This document shows positions 57,551 to 64,000 of a DNA stretch of 64,000 bases, in pieces. A program made the position numbers and the translations under genes. The first letter of the stretch is position 1. Each line of letters begins with the position of its first letter. The stretch lies in contig JASEGR010000001.1 of the NCBI GenBank assembly GCA_030017955.1, forward strand, positions 13,761 through 77,760, in the 5' to 3' direction. The notes under the pieces are model-generated. The model did not search any database. It saw only the letters and a list, made by a program, of their open reading frames with translations, and was not told where the DNA came from. Origin of the DNA: Candidatus Eiseniibacteriota bacterium. GTDB lineage: Bacteria > Eisenbacteria > RBG-16-71-46 > JASEGR01.

Positions 57551-58507
57551 TCAGAACCTATTTCGGCTGCTCCACCAGTGGCAGGTTTCATGATCTTCTT
57601 TCAAGCCATGGCCGGGTTTCAGGGCAGCACGGATTCCAGAAAAGACCCCTTTCCATAGAGCATGCACATTTCTGGCATTTCCCGGAGTAAGATTTTTCAA
57701 TGAGAAGGCAACAAGTCCCAGAAGCCCAAAGACAGGCGCTGTTAGGAAGTGGTACCACTTCGCGTATTTTCTGAAAAGGAAAATCCCGCTCTTTCCCCTA
57801 TTGTATGCTTTGAATGGGGTTAGACCGCCGCCCGAGCTCGATGAGACTTTGTGCCATGCGATTGCTTCCGGAACGAAGAGGAGCGTGTATCCGGCTTCTC
57901 TTGCCCTGAGTGAAAAATCAGCATCCTCTCCATAAATAGAATACCTGTCGTCGAGCATTCCGACCTTCCCGATGACTTCCCTCCTGATCATAAGCGCGCA
58001 TGCCGTCAGGTAATCAACGAAAGCCTTCCGGGAGTACTTTTGGGAGTCCGCCTGCCTTATCCCGATATGTGAAGTCATCCCTGCCCAAAGCCTAACTCTC
58101 CCGCCTGCCGACCATATCGTTCTCGTTCCGGCGTAGAATATCTTCGGGCCGGAGAGCCCGGTGTCATGTTCGCGCTCCAGTGAATCGACAAGATTTGGCA
58201 CACAATCCGTATGAACCGTCGCGTCGCTGTTGATGAGGAAAAAATAATCGCCGCCCATCTCGCAGCCGCAGGAAAGCCCGATATTGACCCCCTTGCTGAA
58301 AAGGAGGTTTTCATTGTTCTTGATTACGATGGTCTCCGGGTAGGATTCTCTGGCCGCATCCGGCGTGCCGTCCGTCGAGCCATTGTCGACAAGTATAACC
58401 TGGAGTCTCGGATAGTTCGACTGCCGGAGGGATTCGAGACATTCGAGCGTGTCTCTCCTCCCGTTCCAGGTCACAACAATCGCAATCACACTCGGTTTTG
58501 GCACCAT
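57551..58507 (-). CDS. Glycosyltransferase family 2
   Basis: VVTWNG, VDNGSTDGT, INSD, DYLTACA, EDADFSLR. Confidence 0.92.
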   Translation of the reverse strand: MVPKPSVIAIVVTWNGRRDTLECLESLRQSNYPRLQVILVDNGSTDGTPDAARESYPETIVIKNNENLLFSKGVNIGLSCGCEMGGDYFFLINSDATVHTDCVPNLVDSLEREHDTGLSGPKIFYAGTRTIWSAGGRVRLWAGMTSHIGIRQADSQKYSRKAFVDYLTACALMIRREVIGKVGMLDDRYSIYGEDADFSLRAREAGYTLLFVPEAIAWHKVSSSSGGGLTPFKAYNRGKSGIFLFRKYAKWYHFLTAPVFGLLGLVAFSLKNLTPGNARNVHALWKGVFSGIRAALKPGHGLKEDHETCHWWSSRNRF

Positions 58508-58548
58508 TAGGTCCTATTCGCTCGATATCTTCGGCCCAGCTAGCGGCC

Positions 58549-58836
58549 CACGGGGACCGGTTGCTCGGCACGGAAGAGCGTGGTGGCGATGAGCCGTGAG
58601 CTGGCTTACGCGGGAGGGATGGGGAATCCATCTTGGCAAGCAAGGTGGGGATACCCAGCCCTTTAGAGGCTGGGAGGGGTAAGGATTCCCCGCCTGGCGA
58701 GCCATAGATGGGTCATCCCGGAGCGGAGCCAGCAAAGGCTCATTCGCCATCACGATTCCACGCGCCATCTATGCGGCCACCTCCGACACTGCCACGCAGC
58801 CGACCCCGTGCCGAGGAGCCGACTCAGTTCGGCTCC
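58549..58836 (+). other. Long nested stem-loop intergenic element (candidate ncRNA or MITE)
   Basis: Nine nested helices plus a flanking hairpin; G-U pairs favour the + strand. Confidence 0.6.
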
Positions 58837-58845
58837 CCCGAATTC

Positions 58846-59532
58846 TCAGTTGACGAACCTGTATTTGAGAAGGGTGTAGAGTGCGATCACGCCGTCGATC
58901 CACCTTACTTTTTTCCCTTCGTTCGTTGTCCTGGGATGGTAACCGATGGGCACTTCGAATATCCTGTGCCCTCTCTTTCTGAGTTTTGCAGTCACCTCGG
59001 GACAGAATTCGAATCTCCTGCACTTGAGTTCTATGCTTTTTATGACATCAGTCCTGAAAACCTTATAAGCAGTCGCTTCATCCGTTATATTGCACCTGTA
59101 GAGCAGGTTTGCAGCGGTCGTGAGCACGATATTTGCAATCTTGCTCCTAAATGGAAGTCCCTCCACCTTCCGCAAGAATCTTGAACCATAGACAACTTCT
59201 TCTTTTCCCGAAATGATGGGTTCAAGAAGCTTTTCGTACTCCTCCGGGTCAAGCTCAAGATCTGCGTCCTGGATTATCACGATGTCTCCGGTGACATAAG
59301 AGAGTCCGACTCTGATAGCCGCCCCCTTGCCGAAATTGACTCTTGAGGCATGGACAAGAAGAACGCCGCCAAGCTTTTCCTTTTCCCTGGCCAGCACTTC
59401 CTGGGTCCTGTCAGTTGAGCCGTCATCAATGACTATCATCTCCTTTTCAAGCGGGACCCTGGAGACTCTCTCGACCACTTCCCCAATGGTGCTCTCTTCG
59501 TTGTAAACCGGTATGATTACCGAGAGTTTCAG
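58846..59532 (-). CDS. GT2, DPM/DPG-synthase-like; probable CTG start
   Basis: (M)[12 protein letters not shown] extends 18 codons upstream of the track start; [32 protein letters not shown]. Confidence 0.9.
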   Translation of the reverse strand: MKLSVIIPVYNEESTIGEVVERVSRVPLEKEMIVIDDGSTDRTQEVLAREKEKLGGVLLVHASRVNFGKGAAIRVGLSYVTGDIVIIQDADLELDPEEYEKLLEPIISGKEEVVYGSRFLRKVEGLPFRSKIANIVLTTAANLLYRCNITDEATAYKVFRTDVIKSIELKCRRFEFCPEVTAKLRKRGHRIFEVPIGYHPRTTNEGKKVRWIDGVIALYTLLKYRFVN

Positions 59533-59550
59533 ACTCCTTCTCCTTCCCGT

Positions 59551-61050
59551 TTAGCCGAGGCCCCTCCGGGCAAAATAGAAAGCCGATATCGTGAGAAGAG
59601 AAATGACGACGAACAGAGCAAGATTGAGACTTCCGGGAACACCAAATCTCGTCGAGTAGTAGAACCAGTAGTCTATTCCTCCCATCAGACTTTCTTTCTC
59701 TTCATCACCAAGCGGGATTCTTCCGCCCTCCTGGCTCAAAGCGCTCAGAGACAGTTCCTTCTCCGTCCCATTCAGGATTGAACCGGCGTTCTTCCTGAGC
59801 ATCTCCCAATGCCCGGCTACTGGGGAAAATCTTGGGTTGAAGTGCGAATCGGCAAGAAACCTTGGGTCCGTGAACTCCCTGGTGTACGGATATTCACCGA
59901 TTTCCCTGAGGTACGAGCCATAGTAGATTGTCGCGCCGCCTATCTGGACAAAGATGCCGATGACAAAAAGCGTTTTGTAGAGGACTCTGGTTAAAGAAGG
60001 CGATTTTCCAGGAAGACCTTCTTCGAGAACCATGAGAAGCGGAAGCAACATCGGCCCGAGGAGAGGAAGAAGGTATCTTGGTCCCCAGCTGCCGTCCCCT
60101 GCCCACGCCCTGAACTTCGCGTAGAGAAGAAGATTGAGCACAAAGGTCACAGTAAGAAGAATCGCGAGTGATCTCTCTCTTCTCAGGAAAAGTCCGAGTC
60201 CACAAACAGAAAGAATGAGTATTGGCGCATAGAGAAAAACGCTTTTCCCGGAGCTCAAAAGGAGACCGTACAATCCGACAAGGATAGGGGTCGAGAAGCC
60301 GGCGGGCGTCCCCTCATTCATGTAGCCGCTCTGGAACGGCGAGCCGAACCTTGCATAGTTGTAGAGAAGCATTGCTCCAAATCCGGCTGCGACCGGAATG
60401 AAAAAGCTTGCCGATTTCTTTCGCAACTCAGGCCCAAGCATAAATATTGACGCAGGCACCAGGAGAACGACCGTAGCGGATTTCACCAGGATGAGAAAGA
60501 AACCCGAAATGCCGGCAAGAAAAACAAAGAGCGATCTCCTCTCATTTCTTCCGCGGTAGAGAAAGTAGAAGAGGCTCAGGAAGAAGAAACTCAGAATTGA
60601 TTCTGCCGTGTAGTACTTTGCGTAGGGCCATGCAAAAGTCGAAATTCCGTATCCACAGGCCACGATGAATGACGTTCGCCCATTGAATCCCAGAGCCCTG
60701 CCAAAGAGAAACAGAATCAAGCACGCCCCGGCCGTGAAGAAAGCCGCAAGAAGCGAGACGAAGAATTTTTGCACAAACTCAGCGGCTCCCGGAGGTGCAA
60801 AAGCAGAGGCCAGCTTACCAACCAGGAAGAGAGGAATGGAAAGGATTGCCTGCCCTATGCCGGCCTTCGTATAGAGTCTTCCGTCCTTTCCGGGAAAAGC
60901 ATTCCCGTACGGAACGGATACGGTTCCGTGCTCGACAATGCTCTTCGTAAGAAGAAACATCGTGTTCCCGTCGCTGCTTACGATGTGACCGCCGGATGTG
61001 AGTACGTAGAAGAAGAGAAAGAAGAGGAATATGAAGACCAGGTTTTTCAA
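59551..61050 (-). CDS. Polytopic membrane protein, GT-C-like glycosyltransferase
   Basis: SSDG after TM1, YNYARFGSP..SGY, GKSVFLYAP, W.G..SWGPRYL.P. Confidence 0.78.
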   Translation of the reverse strand: MKNLVFIFLFFLFFYVLTSGGHIVSSDGNTMFLLTKSIVEHGTVSVPYGNAFPGKDGRLYTKAGIGQAILSIPLFLVGKLASAFAPPGAAEFVQKFFVSLLAAFFTAGACLILFLFGRALGFNGRTSFIVACGYGISTFAWPYAKYYTAESILSFFFLSLFYFLYRGRNERRSLFVFLAGISGFFLILVKSATVVLLVPASIFMLGPELRKKSASFFIPVAAGFGAMLLYNYARFGSPFQSGYMNEGTPAGFSTPILVGLYGLLLSSGKSVFLYAPILILSVCGLGLFLRRERSLAILLTVTFVLNLLLYAKFRAWAGDGSWGPRYLLPLLGPMLLPLLMVLEEGLPGKSPSLTRVLYKTLFVIGIFVQIGGATIYYGSYLREIGEYPYTREFTDPRFLADSHFNPRFSPVAGHWEMLRKNAGSILNGTEKELSLSALSQEGGRIPLGDEEKESLMGGIDYWFYYSTRFGVPGSLNLALFVVISLLTISAFYFARRGLG

Positions 61051-62156
61051 TTCTCTATTGCCTCCACTACCTTCGCCCAGGAGAACTTTTCCCTGTGTGC
61101 ACGAATATTCTCTCTCATTGAAGGGCCAAGATCATCCTTGAAGAACCTGATGACAGCCTCTGCAATTGCGTTACTGTCGCCTGGCGGAACCAAGAGGCCT
61201 GTTTCTCCGTCACTGATCGCCTCCGGAACTCCCCCGACCTTCGTGCTTACGGCAGGCACCTCAAACGCATAGGCAACCTGGACCACGCCGCTCTGGGTCC
61301 CCGACGTATAGGGAAGAACAACCACATCCGCGGCGCTGAAATACCGCCCAACCTTGTCGTCAGGGATGTAGCCTGACATTATCTTCACTTTCTCCCCAAT
61401 TCCAAGCTTCTTCACAATCGACGTGTACTTCTCGACGGGCTCATAGAAGTCGCCGACGACAAGCAGCGTGGCGTCAATCTCTCTGAGTATGAGCGGCATG
61501 GCCTCAATGAGAAACTCAAGCCCCTTGTACGGCCTCACGTAGCCAAAGAAGAGGATCACGTTTCCGGAAACCTGAACTTCACGCCTCGCAGCCACTCTGT
61601 CAACCGCCTCGGCTGCGAAGAACGAATAGTCAGGATGGAAGACTTCTCTTACTTCTGCGCGTGGTTTCAACTTGAGCAGTTCATTCTTTACGAAACCGGA
61701 CATCACAAGGAAACGGTCCACCTGCGAAAATGCAAATCTTGTGAGAATTTTATCCCCGGGCCTTCTTTCGTGAGGCATGGCGTTATCGCAGATGAAGATG
61801 ACTCTCGAGCCCGTGAATCGTCTGGACAAGAGAGAGATAGTCCCGAAGCAGAGCCCAAAAAACGGAGTCCACCATTTGAAAATAAGGAGGTCCGCCTTTT
61901 CCCGATGGACAATCCTGAAAGCTCTGATCCATGTGAAGGGATTAAGAGAATCTATGATCCGGCAGGAATCCACTTTTATCTTGGGCTTCCCCGGCTCAAG
62001 CTGGCTCGTCCCGGGAAAGAGGAACCGCGGATATTGCCTCCTGAATGAAATGAACACGACGGCGTGATTCTTTGCAAGCTCCCTGTGGAGAACGGCAAGA
62101 TACTGCGCTATGCCGCCCCTCAAAGGAAAAGCCGGACCGATGATGGCTATTTTCAA
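61047..62156 (-). CDS. Glycosyltransferase family 4
   Basis: P.RGGIA, FFGYVRPYKG, ADVVVLPY..TQSGV. Confidence 0.93.
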   Translation of the reverse strand: MKIAIIGPAFPLRGGIAQYLAVLHRELAKNHAVVFISFRRQYPRFLFPGTSQLEPGKPKIKVDSCRIIDSLNPFTWIRAFRIVHREKADLLIFKWWTPFFGLCFGTISLLSRRFTGSRVIFICDNAMPHERRPGDKILTRFAFSQVDRFLVMSGFVKNELLKLKPRAEVREVFHPDYSFFAAEAVDRVAARREVQVSGNVILFFGYVRPYKGLEFLIEAMPLILREIDATLLVVGDFYEPVEKYTSIVKKLGIGEKVKIMSGYIPDDKVGRYFSAADVVVLPYTSGTQSGVVQVAYAFEVPAVSTKVGGVPEAISDGETGLLVPPGDSNAIAEAVIRFFKDDLGPSMRENIRAHREKFSWAKVVEAIEN

Positions 62157-62159
62157 TTG

Positions 62160-63098
62160 TTACTCTCTCACTCCCAGGAGAAAGACTCTGTCACCCCACA
62201 TTCCGGTCAGTCGCGTAAGAGAAGAGTTCAATGTCTCAAGCAAGGTAAACAATACTTTTTCAGGACCGGAGAATTTTCTTGGATTGGCAGGCATCTTCGT
62301 GACGATTGTTCGCCTGACTTTGAATCCGGCTGCTTCAACGAAGAGGGCAAGTGTCCGTGGCGTGAATTCAATCAGGTGGTACGGGGGCGAGAAGAGAGTC
62401 TTCTTTCTCCTGGATATTGAGTAGCCAAGCATCCCCAGTCTTCTCGAGAGCGTATCCAACGACGTGGGGACAGCGACCGCCAATATGCCGCCAGGTCTTA
62501 GAATTCGCCTCACTTCGCGGAGATCGTCGAGCGGGAATTCAACGTGTTCGATGACATCCCCCAGGAAAGCAGCATCAAAGCTTTCATCGGGAAGGCCGGC
62601 GCTCGAAAGAGTTCCTTTGTGGACGGGCAGTCCAAGCTCCTCGCACGCGAATCTGGATGCTTCGGGAGAAGGCTCAACTCCGAAGACTTCCCATCCCTCG
62701 CCCATTGCAGTCTTGAGGAAGTAGCCTCCGGCGCAGCCGATCTCAATTATCTTTCCCTTCTTCCCGAGAGAAGCCTCTATCTTGCCGAGCGTATCAAGGT
62801 TCCCCGCTCTCATGTGAATCTCACTTCCAAAGTACTCTCCGGAATGTCCACATCTGAAGTCGCCGTCAAAATAAGACTTTCCGTACATGATCTCGAGCTC
62901 TGCTTCCTTCGGCTTCCGGGAGAGAAACGCGACGCCGCAGCGTCTGCACTTGACGGCGGGAAACCTCTTAGAAAGATAGAGGTATTCAAAGGGAAGATTC
63001 TTCAGGATTTCGGAGCTGCAAAGGGGACAAAGAGAAGTTCTCTCGGGCAAGGGCTCACCCAACCTCCCATGTATCAAGTCCTCTGAACTCGAATCCAA
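62160..63098 (-). CDS. Class I SAM-dependent methyltransferase (start uncertain)
   Basis: CPLC..CRRC, EIGCAGG, GVEPS, DVIEH, LRPGG, PPYHL. Confidence 0.9.
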   Translation of the reverse strand: MDSSSEDLIHGRLGEPLPERTSLCPLCSSEILKNLPFEYLYLSKRFPAVKCRRCGVAFLSRKPKEAELEIMYGKSYFDGDFRCGHSGEYFGSEIHMRAGNLDTLGKIEASLGKKGKIIEIGCAGGYFLKTAMGEGWEVFGVEPSPEASRFACEELGLPVHKGTLSSAGLPDESFDAAFLGDVIEHVEFPLDDLREVRRILRPGGILAVAVPTSLDTLSRRLGMLGYSISRRKKTLFSPPYHLIEFTPRTLALFVEAAGFKVRRTIVTKMPANPRKFSGPEKVLFTLLETLNSSLTRLTGMWGDRVFLLGVRE

Positions 63099-64000
63099 AC
63101 TCGACTATCTGTCCGCCCAGTTCCTCCAGCCTTTCTGCAACAATGTGCTTCTTGCCGAAGTCACAGAAAAGGAGCAGATATCCGCCTCCACCGGCGCCAA
63201 GGATCTTGCCGCCGATCGCACCGTTCTTTCTTGCCACATCGTAGAGCTCGTCTATGCTTTCGTCAGTAATGGCCTTGTCGAGTTTCTTCTTGTTGCCCCA
63301 AGAGAGATGCAGAAGCTCGCCAAACTCAGAGAGCTTTCCGAGGAGAAGCAAGTCCTTCATGACGATCGCATCCTGTTTTATCGCATCAAGCGCACGGACT
63401 ACTTCCTCTTTCCGTTCGATGTAGGACCTGGTCTGCCTGGCAACAATGTTTGCCGACAGCCGCGTCTTGCCGGTGTAGCAGAGCAATAGACCATACTCTA
63501 GCTCGTTAATGACCGACGGCTTCATCCTGAGCGAATTCACAACGGTCTTGCCGTTTCCAAACTCAATGAAGTTGAATCCTCCGAAAGTTGCCGCGTACTG
63601 ATCCTGTCTCCCTCCGGCAATCCCAAGACCAACTCTCTCAATCTCGTACGCAAGCTCTGCAATCCCGTAATCGGTAAGAGGAGTTTTCAACCAGTTCACA
63701 AATGTCCCGATGAGAGAAACGACCATTGTTGAAGAAGAGCCGAGTCCCGAGCCGGGTGGAGCATCAGTATGGATGAAGAGATCAAATCCGGATTCCGCAC
63801 TCATCCTTTCTGCGACTGCTCTCACCAGACCGAGTTCTGAATCGACAGCCATGCTTTTGCCTTTTGAATACTTTGCGACAACGTCATAATCGAGAGACGT
63901 GATGGTGAGCTTCTCATCCTTTCTTTCAACAAGAGACGAGAAGGCATACTTGTTGATCGTCGCACTGATAACCGCCCCTCCCCTTTCCTCCGGATAAGGG
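63055..64000 (-). CDS. GHMP-family sugar kinase (HddA heptose-7-phosphate kinase-like); 5' end outside the window
   Basis: Frame is open to the window edge (PYPEERGGAVISATINKY..); PPGSGLGSSS, GRQDQYAA.FGG, GGKILGAGGGG. Confidence 0.92.
   Translation of the reverse strand, partial: PYPEERGGAVISATINKYAFSSLVERKDEKLTITSLDYDVVAKYSKGKSMAVDSELGLVRAVAERMSAESGFDLFIHTDAPPGSGLGSSSTMVVSLIGTFVNWLKTPLTDYGIAELAYEIERVGLGIAGGRQDQYAATFGGFNFIEFGNGKTVVNSLRMKPSVINELEYGLLLCYTGKTRLSANIVARQTRSYIERKEEVVRALDAIKQDAIVMKDLLLLGKLSEFGELLHLSWGNKKKLDKAITDESIDELYDVARKNGAIGGKILGAGGGGYLLLFCDFGKKHIVAERLEELGGQIVEFGFEFRGLDTWEVG

Noticed and set aside
58514..58845. tmRNA, SRP RNA, RNase P RNA, group II intron or a small CDS
   Set aside because: No tRNA-like ends, SRP GGAA loop, GAGGAAAGUCC or domain V motif; the ORFs are short and compositionally unconvincing.

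Overview
This is a gene-dense bacterial chromosomal window, about 52% GC by eye, with nearly all genes on the minus strand. In transcription order (right to left) it holds five blocks. (1) A ~30 kb surface-glycan locus (33.5-64 kb) with a GHMP sugar kinase, SAM methyltransferases, many GT2/GT4 glycosyltransferases, a UDP-GlcNAc 2-epimerase, a LegB-like dehydratase/nucleotidyltransferase/DegT trio, a B12 radical SAM enzyme, three GT-C-like membrane proteins including YfhO, polyprenol-P-sugar synthases, a CapD-like protein and a flippase. It also encodes a 1387-aa fusion of GT2 + degenerate phosphoglycosyl transferase + internal signal peptide + PorZ-like beta-propeller + T9SS/FlgD-type C-terminal domain. 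(2) An orphan solute-binding lipoprotein and hybrid histidine kinase pair behind a sigma28-like promoter. (3) A dcw cluster (mraZ to ftsZ, no ddl) with a STAS gene inserted between mraZ and rsmH, followed by a TPR protein and a radical SAM gene. (4) A divergent secreted GyrI-like protein. (5) queD-queE-queC-nadE, an atypical FAD/Fe-S oxidoreductase and a tandemly duplicated ferredoxin/glutamate-synthase-FMN protein; the last is missed by the ORF track and runs off the left edge. Many intergenic gaps contain REP/BoxC-like palindromes, a 50-bp tandem array or long nested hairpins. The gene content suggests an FCB-related diderm (Eisenbacteria/Latescibacterota/TA06-like), but that is inference only. 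No rRNA, tRNA, CRISPR array or transposase was seen.
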